DNA of 64,000 nucleotides. It comes from Takakia lepidozioides. Its lineage: Eukaryota; Plantae; Bryophyta. The notes beneath the pieces were generated by a model. It worked only from the letters and a program-made list of their open reading frames with translations, did no database searches and was not told where the DNA came from. Below are positions 50,192-62,775 of this stretch, piece after piece (position 1 is the first letter of the stretch; each line of letters begins with the position of its first letter). Where the stretch lies: contig CM060734.1 of the NCBI GenBank assembly GCA_030704615.1, positions 13,826,001-13,890,000 of the forward strand, written 5' to 3'. The position numbers and the translations under genes are program-made.

Positions 50192-52189
50192 TGATAAAGA
50201 AGAAGAATACAAGCACAAGCTCATGCGAGCTCACAAAGCTGAAGCATAAACTCATGCATATATAACCTCATCACTCAAATACAAGTCAAGCCAAGTGCAC
50301 CCCACGCCATGGGGAATCCACACTACGCGCCATAGCTAGGCGCGGTGAGGCTCAACTCGAGAAAGATGAGCCTCCCGCGCTTGCCGTGAAGATAACCACT
50401 CCAGGGCCTAAATCTGCCTTGACCCCTGGATTGACACTTGGGCCAATCCCAAATGTCAATATGTAAAAGCTAGCTATTTCCTAGCTAGTTTCACACTAGT
50501 GGTAAAATAACTTGACAAGCATGAAAGACACCTTCAGGTGGTATTTGAGCGCTTGAGGGCGCACGATTGAAGTTGCATCCAGGGAAGTGCAAGTTTTTCC
50601 ACAACCGATTGATTATCTGGGTCACATGATATAATCCTGGAGGATTAGGAGTACAACAGCTAAGGTAGAGGCCATTGCACAGATTCCACCCCCGGATATG
50701 ACCGAGTTTGAGCTTTCATGGGGTTGCAAACTATTATAGACGGTTTGTCAAGGGATTTAGTGCCATTGCAAAGGCTTTTACCAAGCTGACCAAGGTGGAC
50801 CAGGACTGGCAATGGGAAGATGAAGCAGAACGAGCTTTTCAAGAGCTCAAGGCAAGGTTGACCTCGGCGCTCATCTTGACGACCTATCAGGGGGCGTCCT
50901 TTTCACTGCATACAGAATTGGAGCATGCTGGGGCTTGCGGTGCTCACACAGTTGGATGATGAGGGAAGAGAGTTCGTAGTGGCTTATGCTAGCCGCTTGA
51001 ACAACGCTGCAGAGGCTAAGTATAGCTCATATGAGGAGAGTGCTTAGCTGCAGTGTGGGTCATGGCACACTTCAGGTGCTATCTATACGGCAATCTCTTC
51101 ACCCTTGTCACGGATCACCAGCCACTCAAGTGGTTGATGGAGTCAGACAAGCTACGGGGAGCTTGCACGGTGGGCACTCATACTCAAGAGTATGACTTTC
51201 AGGTTGTGCATCGACCGGTTTGGTCACGGGATGCGGATGGGTTGAGTCGCATCCATGCACAAGCCAGCAGGATGACACTGGTGTTCGGTGGCATGGTGAG
51301 ACGGACGAGGAGATGGTGCCCGGATGGGAGGTTTACTATTTCATGAGCAGAAACCATGAGCCATGAGCCATGAGCCGCATGAGCCCGCATGAGCGGTGAG
51401 CCGAAGTCTAAGACACGCGAATTTCATGAGCGGACTTCTCCAAATTTGGAAATGCGGCAGATTAAACAAGTATTAAAATAATAGTTTTTTTTTAATTTGA
51501 CCTTGCCGTTTTTGGAAGTTCCAGATCTTGTAATGCGGCGAAGATATGTCGTCAGTAACAACTCCGCTCATGGTTTTTAGATCCGCTCATGGAAATGAAC
51601 CGTGCCGTGCAACGAGAAATCCAGTATACCACGGCAAAAGGACGTCGCATACTGGCCTGTATAGAGTATTCCGCGGTTTTACATGCCTTAACATTGGAAT
51701 GAAGCTGACCCTTTTGCCGCGATTGAACCAATAGAGTCTGCACAATTCTGTCATCTTCGAGTATTCGGCGGGAAAGGTTTGCGACTCAACTGGGAAATGC
51801 GGTGCCGCATTAGGGTTCGCACGTGCGAAATTTCTAGGCAGTTTGGTGTTGGTGAATGCCGCATCTACCAGTACCTACGACGTTACTTGGAAATGCGGCG
51901 CCGCATTTCCTTGCCAGGGGTCGAATGAGGAAAGCAAAGTTTGGGAGAGCAGAAAAACAGAACCCTCCAACACACAAAAATACATGCACGTGGAAACAAG
52001 TGAATGACATAGTATTATCTTAGTTCGAGCAAAACAGGTTACTGTAGGCAAGACATAAGTCGGACCTTTCTTTGGCCAGAGTCAGAGCTACTTGCAGCAG
52101 TACAGTTCTACTATCCGAAAAGGATAGACGTACCATAGTGTTGGGACCGCAAGCCAAGGTCACTGGTCGGGTCTCAACCCTGGTGCATG

Positions 52190-55100
52190 TATGAAGTGAT
52201 GAGTTGTGGAATTACACCGGAGTCTCTTTAGGTACACGTAGTACAGATGCTTGCAAGGGCAGTATGATGCCCCCTTGTTCGCCATGATCTAGAAGTCGGT
52301 GCAATTGCAGGTGGGTAATTCTGAAATGGTGATGGTGTACACCTCATTGCAAACAGCTGAGCCTGCCGTGGCCATCTGATACACACGCCCCAAAGCCTGA
52401 TGGGGGCACTTCTGTCGAGCTCTGGATTGTACAGTTCATCCGAAGTGCATTCCCCATCCTTGTCTCGTTCACTTTTGAGGGAGGTCGCCGCCTCTTCGGT
52501 TTCCCCCAACGGTGTGTAGGATGCTTAGAGCTGTCGGTCCCATTGTTCTTGCTCTCACAGGGGTCGGTGGTGGAGGCTGTGGAAGCGGAAATGGTTGTCT
52601 GGGGACGTCAGTGCGCTGCACCATCCGAAATCCTGCGGCGGTAAGGGCGTCGGCCTCAACCTGACTCAGATCGCAGCCTGGTTCCACCGGCCACACCGGG
52701 GGAGCCTCTGGCATTGTTTGTATGCCGTACTTGGGCTTTCCATACACGCAAGTCATAATGTCGTGCCTGCAGAACCAGAACTGGGTGGTTGTCGCCTCCG
52801 CAAACTTTGCATGGACAAAAATCTTCCTGTAAAAGTAGGAGCAGGGACAACCCATCTGGATTCCTCCTTATCATCTCTAAACAACGTTGCCGTGTATCCA
52901 CTCGAATTGCGGAACACCTACCCCTCGAAACGACGGCTTTGTGCGAGCAATTCTCTCCACTGTGACGCAGACACAGTCGTCTCCACAATGGCTTGGCCAT
53001 ACTGCATAACAGCGGGCGGAATCTGGGGCAAGCGAGCGGTGGGAATTTCTTGCACGGAATCCCCGCTTGAAGGCGATGGCGATCTGGAATTTCTTGGGCT
53101 TCCACTGCTGGAAGACACATTGTGCGGCAACATGATGGGCCCTCGAGGTGTTGTCCGAATGTTCCTGTCGGATCTCCAGGAATCCTCTTCGCACCCGGGT
53201 TCCTCTTCAATCCTCCGCCTCACAGGGCGAGTACGGACGTCCCCCTCTAGGTGCTCACCTCTGCGGTGCAGAGGCGTCCCTTTGATCTTCTCTCGCAATG
53301 TTGTCGCCCCATTTCAGTGGATTCTTCGACCTCGAAGCTGTTCGTACCAACAATTCCTTCCTGTCCGGCCCAAAGCCCCATTGTTTCCCGCTCAGGAACT
53401 TGTAGTACGTGGCTTGCTGCATGATTGCTCTGTCGATGTCCTCCGTTGTGGCCGTCACTACGTCCACCAGATGTGCGGCAGAAGACGCTCGCCAGGAGGA
53501 GTGCACTGATTCTGCCATATCGTGTTCGGCATGTCCGTGTCGGAATCCAAGCACCGCTCCTACAAGGACACAAAAACAATGGTGAGGACCAATGGAAAGG
53601 TCCGTAATAGAAAGACAATTGCACGAAAATGACAACATCATACCTCCCGCATGTACTGTCCGAATTGTCGATACCGGAAATGCCACCACCCCAACCAGCT
53701 GTGCAAGGCTCCCGGATTGGTTGTCTCCACTGCACCTGACGTGTTCCACCAAGCCTCGATGATAGCAAACTTAACCTCCGCATCATCAAATGTGGGTGCA
53801 TCCTTCCACGCCGTACAAAGGACACGGTGTTCAGCCTGGAATGAGCTAGCAACAAATTTGGTAGTGTAGTGAGATAGACTCTGCATCCAATGGAATCCAC
53901 AGGATCTCTCTTTCCCTCCATTGGAACATTGGGGTCCTCACCGTACACGCCGCACCGCTGCCCCAGTTGGCCTGAGCGTTGTCTGCCATGAATCCCCTGA
54001 AATTGGGGCTCTGGCAATCCCGCCCTTGCCATCTGCTCGTTTATATGCCCTCCCACAGATCTCCCGACTGTGTGTCCTCCCCCCTTTCATCTCGCAGATT
54101 GCAATCATCATGAGCCTCTTGGAGTGAAGTCATAACATGATGCGCACCCATAGTCACCCACTGATGGTTTGTAATTCGCTTGATGTGATCAAACATCACC
54201 CAAGCATTCGACAAGTTTCCAGTGTCATGCGAGTGACCAAGTCGACTCCACTCCCAGGCCCACACGTCGACATTTTAAAAATGTAACAACGATCGGATTC
54301 GCTGCCTTGCCCTGGAAACCTGCTACCTTGGATGTAGTCATATCCAGTCATTCGTTTCACCTCCAGGATTGAGTGCATGTCCGACCCCCGGCCGAACTCC
54401 TGCTTGCAAGATACGATGTGATTCCGCACATTCGGACTACAAACGTGCGAGACGGACTCCAACAGGTCAAGCATCTCCTCTTCGTTCAAGGGCACTCGGT
54501 CTGAACCATCTTCAGACATGATTTTGCCAAGAGCAATTTGTGGGCTGCCTTCAGCTGAATCTGCTTTGGTCTGGCTCCGGGGCTCAATTTCACTCCTCTT
54601 TATGATGTCGTGTGCTTCCTGCACAGCCTCACGCATGTTGCCTCTCGCCAAGGGGTGGCAGTGGACCCCAACGTGTATGCAAGCTCTAGTCAAGTCCGGG
54701 AGCAAATGGATTACGTAATATTGCTTGGCTCTGCACATGGACATGCACGTCGGTGGTTCTTTGCAATGTGCGCACTTGAAAGTACCCGCAGGAGCTTGGC
54801 TGGAGACAATGAATGGATGATGCGTTGTGCCAGTCCAATCCGTCTCGTTTCTCCGCCTCCTTTGGAGAGAAAGTGGAAGCGGGATTGAGGCACCTCAGCT
54901 TCCCCGCACAGAGGACGTATCGTACACGAACACCATCAGCAATTTTGTGCTACTGGTCTTCGTCACACACCAGGGGTGTCCGTCATGCTTTCGATCCATG
55001 TCTGTTAACATCCCTGAGGCTTTGTTTGACGAAGTAACAGGTGGAAACTCGAAGATGACATTGCCATCGACTTCGGGAGGCAGATACGTTACCTTCCTGA

Positions 55101-55746
55101 CTGGAAATTGGCATAGTCGAGAGCAGCCAGCTCGGAGCGAGAACCATCAGGTGATGTTGCCGTAGGAGCTGCACAATGGACCGGGTTGGAGTTATGCTCG
55201 AGGGTACATGCGTAGCACCTGCAGAGACGTCCATGTCGGATTTGAACACCGTGTGGAGGACATGGGGACCTCAATGCACTCATCTTCATCGTCGGAAATG
55301 TCGAATACGTCCACACGAGAAGCTATGGAGGGTCTTGACGGTCCAGGTCGGGAATGATTATCGTTGCATACCTCTCTGTTGGCAGTGGCCGCCTGTCGGT
55401 TTCCGGACTCCTTTGTGGATGGTGTGGGCAGCGACTGATTCGGAAAGGGAATGGGCATTCCCACAGCTCGGTACAGGATGGTGTCTGATGGGGGTACGTG
55501 CCATTCGATTCCGCAACCTCCGTCGTTACCTAGCACGACAATGGTCTCGTCAACCTGTCCAGGAACATCCTTCCTTTCTTCTTCCAAATAAACTGTGCCC
55601 GGTTTGAGCTTGAATTTGGAACAAAGGTAAGTTTCAGTCACTCTGCAAAGTCCTCCCTCGTTTGGGATCCAGGCTCTCCCAAGTTGCGGAGGACAGCAAA
55701 CTAGCGTAGGAATTCGGAGCCATCGAACACCGCACGAAGTTGGCAA
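52190..55746 (-). pseudogene. MULE-like DDE transposase with N-terminal Cys/His region and C-terminal SWIM finger (many frameshifts)
   Basis: CAHCKEPP…ACIHVGVHCHP; WVMFDHIKR (first D, ~54190); FMADNAQANW (second D, ~53980); AESVHSSW (E, ~53510); PTCN…CKHLYYV SWIM-like (~52240-52300). Confidence 0.65.
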
Positions 55747-56089
55747 GTGCGAGGTTCAGTATAGCGACAGACCAAGGCTCACAGGCACCATGCGGAGTCC
55801 ATCGACGATTGGAAGTCGCACATTGAAGTGGAAAGTATTGTTTCAAGCTACATGCATGAAGGTGGGAGGTGTGATTCCATAGCCAGTAAGTATGACAATG
55901 ATGGCCGATTCGGCGACGAAATAACATCTCCTGACAGTTTCTCCTGAGGTGGATCCAGCAGTATTCTCGGTGCAGACATGAACGTTCGCACTGACAAGTG
56001 CCAGACTGTAGTTAAAACGGTCAGACAACCAAGTTGTGCTCATCAAGACAGGCCGCAATTGTGTTTTCGGATGCAACCATTCAGGTTCC

Positions 56090-57010
56090 GCATGCGGAAA
56101 TGAGGTTCCGTTTCCGTCGGAGTGACTTTCATTGAACGGAAATACGGCGCCGCATTTCCGGTTGCATCTTTCATGACGGAAAAACCTGCACCATTTCCGT
56201 CGGGGGATACTCTCCAAACGGAAATGTTATTCCATCCAACAAGCACAGAAAACGCGGTACCGCATTTCCGTTCTGTGAATCATGAACAACGGGAACTGAA
56301 ATGCGGCACCGCATTTCCACCGAGTCGCACCATCCGACAACCAGAACGGAAATGCGGCGCCGCATTTCCTTTGTATCTCCCACCGCATTTCCGTCGGGTG
56401 AGGAACATGCGGTACGCATTTCCGTTCTGACCGGAAGAAATGCGGCACCGCATTTCCGTCCGAGTCGCACCTTCCGACATTCCAGAACGGAAATGCGGCG
56501 CGCATTTCCGTTTGTATATGAGGCCGGACGGAAATGCGGTGCCGCATTTCCATCCATGTGAGAACGGACCGGAAATGCGGCACCGCATTTCCTGAGACCA
56601 CTTTCGGAAATGTGGCACGGCATTTCCGTTCATCAACTAAGGTATGTGAAGGGGAACGGAAATGCGGTACCGCATTTCCGTTCAGATTGAAAATCATGAA
56701 CCACGGGAACTGAAATGTTGTGCCGCATTTCCGTCCATCGCACCTTTCGACATTCCAGAACGGAAATGCGGCGCCGCATTTCCTTTTGTATCGGACGGAA
56801 ATGCGGCACCGTATTTCCGTTCAACAACTAAGGTATGTGAAGGTGGACGGAAATGCGGTGCCGCATTTTCTTCCAACAAGTACGGATGTGTAGCTTCGTG
56901 ATGGTACTTAACGGAAATGCGGCGCCGCATTGCATTTTCACTCCAACTCATCAGATGGGACGGAAATGCCATGAAATGTGAACACGTGGAGCAACGGAAT
57001 TGCGGCACAT
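56090..57010. repeat. Array of ~17 palindromes (consensus GGAAATGCGGCGCCGCATTTCC) with variable spacers
   Basis: Copies at approx. 56138, 56248, 56298, 56348, 56437, 56488, 56529, 56570, 56605, 56657, 56712, 56761, 56796, 56848, 56912 and partial ones; lies between two divergent genes. Confidence 0.9.
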
Positions 57011-57363
57011 GTCTGCACTCTATCTGACTGAAGTGGCATGAGGCGGCGCGGCCTGACCGTTGGATAATGATGTTTGTTTTTCGGACGGCAGGCGTACCCT
57101 GAACGATTCGAATTTCGTAATGACGCAAAGTCCACGAGGAGACACTTTCGTCCAACCCTTTCGAACCCAAGTGGTGCATCACCGCCGTTTCATCTCTTTT
57201 GTCGTGTCTCCTCAGTCACCCCTCTCGCGCCCTTTCCATCTGCACTCTTCGCCCCTTTTCCCTGTCTCTGTTCTTCTTATGCTCGAACCTGAGAGGGAGG
57301 GAGTGCGTGCACCAGAGAGAGACATCGTCGCAAGCTCCAAAATTGTACTTCGGACGTAGGCCA

Positions 57364-60300
57364 ATGCCGAAGGGGAGGAAGCAGATGCGTCTACAGGAGG
57401 AGATTGCCATCTCAGCATCAGGCCACGCAGGCAACCCAGCCACCAGTGAGAGCTCCGTGCTATCGGGATTCGCCAGCTGATCGAGCACCGAAACCCGCCT
57501 CATTTTTCTGCAATTCTTAGACTGTATGCTAGGAGACTTGAATGCAGAAGATGTTTGCATGCCTAACCGGAAAGGTGGACGTGCTGAGGGATCGCAGGAA
57601 TCCGAAGAGCCGCAGGCAGAGTCCGTGGAGCTAGCTGCAGCACGCACACCAGCCGATCCACGAGCACGGGTCTTCCTGCCGGGCCTAGCCCTGTGCGTTT
57701 CAAGGACGCGGCTTCGAAGGGCAAGTCTTTGCAGTTCAAAGCCCCAGAGAGCGACTCGCGTTCGAAGGTCATGGAGAATCGCCAGCAGGGGTCTAGCCCT
57801 TCTCCAGCAAAGACGAAGAAGAAGCAGCCCGTCCTTCAACTTGTTTCTGAACCGACCAGGCCGTTTCCCCCCCACCCAGGCGAATGAAGCAGATTCAATT
57901 GCAGCAGACACCTTCACCTGCAAGAATGAGGAAGCACAAGGCAATCAGGGGGAGGGCGGAGCAGCAGTCTCCGCAAAACCGATTCCACGAGCTGAAGCCC
58001 AGTTCCTGCTTGATTTCCAGCCTGGTGATGTTGGGGGCGTCTCTGCTGCAGCGAAGGCAATGGGATCGACCGTCGATCTGGTACCGGAGGAGGTGCTGCC
58101 TCTCAACGTTCAGCAAGACCTGACCACGTTGAGGAAGACCTGCAGGCCCGGAGGAGGCCTCTGCAATTGCAGAATTGTCCGCAAAGATTCCCCAGAGTGC
58201 AGCTCCAGTTGGGGATGCTCCAGCTGCTCAGCCCCTACCGCCACCAGCAGAAATGTCTCCGGAGGAATTCCAAAGTGCAGCGGATACAATGTTGGAGGAG
58301 ACACATAGTAGCATTGGCAGAGTTCTGGGCAGCAGGGTATTCCAGCGGACTCTTCGAATCCCACTCTGTCGCATGGTCTCCCTTCCCATCGTCAGGCAGG
58401 CACTTCCCGGAGAGATGTGGATAAGCTCAAGTTCGCATTTCGAGAAGGGTACCGTCTAGGTTCGCAGCCTTCTACGTTTCCCTTGAGAATGAGGACGGCG
58501 AATCTCGTGGACCCACTGCGGATGAATTGTCAACATGGGATACCCACTGGCACACTCGCAACGACGAATTCGAGGCAACGCTGAAGGGTGATCCAGACTT
58601 CGGCCATATGTCGGGTAAAATGTTCTTTGTGTGGGACGGGAATCACCGACTTCTCGCCTGGTGGGAGTACATCAAGCAGAACCATGCCAAGCACATTGGC
58701 TGGCATTACATGGTGGAGTGTGTCATCCTCAAGGTGAAGGCGGCAGACTCCTCCCTGCTCAAGAATGCCATGGCGGACCTCAACTCGTAAGATACTCATA
58801 CCCTCCCAAGCACGTTCGAAATGCGGTGCCGCATTTCGGTTTCCAATCTGTTTTGTTTCCGTGCTTCGTGGACTGAACTGGAGAGTGTGCCTTGCAGGGT
58901 CACTGAAAATGCGTACGTGCATACCCACATGGCATATGCTGTACAGGGTGAGGAAAACTGGTCTCACTGATCCGCACATGTTTGCGGAAATGCTGGAGCC
59001 CGAGCTCATTCAGAAAGCCGTGGCAAAAACTGACCGGACATGGTATCGTCTCACTATGGATGGAATGGTGGAGGTGATATACGAAGTAAGTCGTCCTCCC
59101 CATTTCCCTCTGCTCATCCTTCCCCAATTTTCAGTAATCTTTCCACATGAATCGAATGTAACGCTTCTGCATGTTTTTGTTGGCAGTCAAACATCAAGCT
59201 GGATTTGGCCCATGCCAAACGCTTCTTCATGGAAAGTGAGGGGCAGGTCAAAACGTTGCAGTCATTGACTGAGCACTTGAAGGAAGCCGGGGTCAAGTCC
59301 AGAACGAAATACAAGTCAAAGCTTGTGAAGCTGGTGGCCATTGCAGATCCGGCACTTGGAAAGGACTTCATCCCCGAGATTGCAAAACACTATTCTCGGG
59401 CCATGCAGCCGACCATGCAGTTGGAGAAACTGCATCACCTCTCAACGGCATGTGTTGAAGCGAAAGAGAAGGTGATGTTTCAATGCACTGAAGTTCCTTC
59501 CTAGCAATAGCCACTCTTCTTCTGCTCCTGACATTGGATCGGAAATGGCAGACACGGTGGCTGTCGATCTGGAATGCATCGGAGAGTATAAGGACAATGT
59601 GGTCTTTTCCACTCGAAGTTTCCGACCCTGCAGTGGATGTGTGGCTCAACCGCATGACTTGGTGGTTCCAGGTAATTCAAGGTACTTCCCCAGATTTGCT
59701 TTTCTGAAATGAATTCCCTGAACTGCTACGTGACAATGCATGGGAATCGCAGGTAATGACGAATGCGAAGGAGCAAGTCGTAATGCATACAAATTCGTTC
59801 GGCTTGTACGTCAAATGGGATGGAACACAGACATTGGAAGACTACGTGACACGTTTCAGATGTGCGTACAAGGACAACCTCTTCGCCAGGGAGCTGCAGA
59901 CAGCAAGAAGGAGCGTGGAGTTTACACATCAGGAGGGAGCGGGAAAAGCTGCAATGCGAATTGTTTACAGGTGAAGCCCAGCTGTCCTTGTATGCGAAGC
60001 CTGGTTATGAGGTTTGTCTGGGAAATGCGGCACCGCATTCGCATTTTATGTTTTCGGTTGCACTCTGCGAGTACGTTGGTCTCAACTTTTGCTCACGCAT
60101 GCTGACTGCCCTGCAGGTATATGAAATACGTGCTTCTTCAGACAGGGGCCCTGGCTCAAGAGCCCCCGTTTCATGGCTTGGACCGTGGCGGGCCCAAGCT
60201 GTGTCTACACACCCGATGCAGAAACAATGGCATGCGCGCGCATCTGGTTGGATGCCCGTGGTACCTGGACATGTCTGGCGGAATTGTTGACGAGTCTGAG

Positions 60301-62407
60301 AAAGATCTGCACGCGAAAGCAGAAGAGAAGAGAAAGGAAAGACGTGTCCCTGCTCGGCCAGAGTCGGCAAAAGGAAGCTGCTGCTCTGGAACAATCCAGA
60401 AAGGCAGCTGAGATGGCACAGAAGACGGTGGATGCAGCTGTGCAGGCTCAACAGAAGGGGTCCAAGAAGCGGACTCGCCAGCAAGGAGCAGCAGTTGTGA
60501 CACCCAAGAAAACGAAGAAGCAGAAACAGATAGTGCAGGTAGAGGGTGAGGAAGAGGACTCCGATGGAGACTTTGCAACCAGCCCACCCCCCGAGACGCA
60601 GCCGAAATCCCCTGTGCCCACCGTTGTCACGAGAGGGACGAGAACTGGCTCGGCAAAGAAGGCACTCTTCAACCCCCGGGGGGGCACCCTTTCGAGCCGG
60701 TGGAAATGAAGAGGCCGAAAGTGGATCCCGATACAGTAGTCCAGTGTGTGAATGAGAGTTTCTTGGCGGCTTTGGATGGACGGGCAGCCAAGTTGGCATA
60801 CATGAAGACCATGGAGGGTCTGAAGGGCAGAGCACTGAAGAAGGCGGCTGCCGAAGAGCCTTCCGACACCCCGGGTTTCTGAAGATGGTCTCGTTCTTTG
60901 AGAGGGTGTGTGCAGACAAGGATTGCAGGAGGGGCGGAAATGCCACCGAGTGGTCTTGCGATATGATCATCTTGGATATTCCGGACGGAGAGCCTGTGGA
61001 AGGACTGCAAGCTTTGCCATCTTGGAACAGGTACTCCGAGGACTTTTGGAAGAAAGGATTCGGGCTCGCCCGCATGGTGTTGGACGACAGAGGCTGTGTG
61101 GTTGTCCTGGCGAGCAGAGGCAAAAACACGCAGACAGGAATTGCGAAGTGGACCCGCAAGAGCGCCGTCCCAATTCTGAAGAAGAAGTGGACGTGCATCA
61201 ACACATTGGGCCTTCGGTCGGAAGGGAAGAAGGTAATTACGACATTGGCACTCGTCCTTTCATTTTCTTTAGAGTTTTGAAATGCGGTGCCGCATTCGAT
61301 TTCTAATCGTTCCCCACTGTGTATGCAGACGAAGCAGTTCGATGCATACTGCTTTGTGAAGGAGAACTCCACCTTTGCTTTCCGGAAGGAGGGATTGTTG
61401 GTTGACCCGAACTGCGACCCCATCGATTACGACGTCCTGTTCAACAACGTTCCCACGGAACTTCTCCCTCATAGCCTCACTTCAACTGAACCCCTGCGGT
61501 ATTCACGGACTCGGAGCCCTGCCTTCATTCAGACAATTATGGAGACATGCACTGACGTGGAGGGCACAGTGCTCGACCTCATCTGTGGGACAGGTATGCA
61601 GAATCTTGTTGTATGTTGTTCTGCAAATTCTCGTTATGCTTTCATTCGCAACATCTGAAGGGCCATGTCATAATGTGTGGATGGCATTGTAACAGGTGCC
61701 TCAATGTGGGCTGGGCGGTTTTCCGACCGGCACCTCTTTGCCTACGAGGAGGACACATCCGTCTGGGGATCCCATCTGGAAGGGCTGCAACGGAATGTGA
61801 AGGCTCCCATCGAAGCCAAAGACTCCTCGGATTCGTCGGAGTCGGAGTCGGAGGAAGAGACAGTGGACATTGATGCCGAGGAGAACCCGGAATACGAGTG
61901 AGTGCAAACATTGTAAGTTTGCAAAGCCTTCTGGGTGATTTTTTGTCAAACGCATTTCCGGACTGTGGTTCTCATTGGTCTCGTTGGTGATTGTTATGCA
62001 GGATTCCAGGATCCGGGTCGAAACATGTAGGGCCTACACTTCCTGCCAGGAAGAATGTCCCGTTCTTTGCGAGGGCCGACTTCATGACGAGCCCGGTGAA
62101 GGACTACTCCCTTCCTAGTTATGCAGCTAAACTCGCAAATACAGCGATTAGACGATGTGAGAATCCCAGTAAAGTAGAGCAGATTTTGGAGAGGGCTAGG
62201 GAGGACAGAAGGATAAGGAAAGAGTTGGCAGCTGAGACAGGTAGACGGGTGCGAAAGTTCATATGTGATTCAGCGGATGAGAGCGATGCAGACAGGGAGG
62301 ACGACGAGCCAACGGAGGTGAGATGGTCGGTTCCACAAGGTGAAGATGGGATTTTTGAAAGCCTGGCCAATGAGCAGTCGCTGGAAGAGAAAGCAATGAC
62401 GGGGTGA
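57364..62407 (+). CDS. Multi-exon gene: ParB/Srx-like domain + beta-class DNA amino-methyltransferase-like domain (frameshifted in this assembly)
   Basis: RIPLCRMVSLPIVRQAL…FYVS…MFFVWDGNHRLLAW (58635-58649). Motif-IV-like CDMIILDIPDG (60975-60986) precedes motif X/I-like RSPAFIQTIMETCTDVEGTVLDLICGT|GASMWAGRFSDRHLFAYEED (intron 61594-61695). GT-AG introns. Confidence 0.6.
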
Positions 62408-62775
62408 GGCGGAGCAGGACAGTCAAGGACAGGACGACGATAGTGATGATTTTCAAGATTATAGAATTTTAATGAACTCTCTGATTCCATAAAGGAAATT
62501 CCCCGTCCTTTAATTTCAAGTATGGACATGGACAAGCATTAGCGACTGGACATGCTGGACAATTCAAGGTCCAATATGGAAATGCGGCGCCGCATTTCAA
62601 ATTTGAAGTATGGTAATGCCATGTCAGGAAATGAAATGTTGTACAGCATTTCCGTTACGACGACAACGGAGGAAAGGGAGCTGCCAGAAATCGCTGCATG
62701 GAGAAAATGAAATGCGGTGCCGAATTTCCGAGCTTCGGCGTGTACATGTTTCCTTTTACTCATAATGGATTTTCT

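Larger units (their letters stand above)
40669..50517 (-). mobile_element. DNMT-encoding Ty3/Gypsy family, copy 2: complete insertion with split/permuted LTRs and 4-bp TSD
   Basis: Ends TGTC…GACA; TSD AGCA at 40665-40668 and 50518-50521. A1 50192-50517, B1 41186-41373, A2 40857-41183, B2 40669-40855. Order gag-PR-DNMT-(RT/RH deleted)-INT. Confidence 0.9.
38567..51327 (+). mobile_element. DNMT-encoding Ty3/Gypsy family, copy 3 (DNMT-RT-RNase H fragment), split by copy 2
   Basis: DNMT 38757-39620 (internal ~100-bp deletion at ~39085). RT 40100-40668 resumes at 50522 (…GAGG AGCA|TGAAAGACACCTTCAGG). RNase H VAYASR…FTLVTDHQPLKWL…DADGLSR runs to ~51260; homology ends at 51327. Confidence 0.85.

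Noticed and set aside
40669-50517. DIRS/Ngaro/PAT tyrosine-recombinase element
   Set aside because: Despite split direct repeats it encodes an aspartic protease and a DDE integrase, has a TSD, PPT and PBS, and no tyrosine-recombinase motif is visible.
56090-57010. CRISPR array
   Set aside because: Eukaryotic TE context, no cas genes, spacers irregular in length and partly duplicated (56280-56370 resembles 56695-56785), and repeat copies scattered outside the array.
60005-61423. 472-aa - strand ORF
   Set aside because: Antisense shadow of the spliced + strand ParB/MTase-like gene; no motifs.
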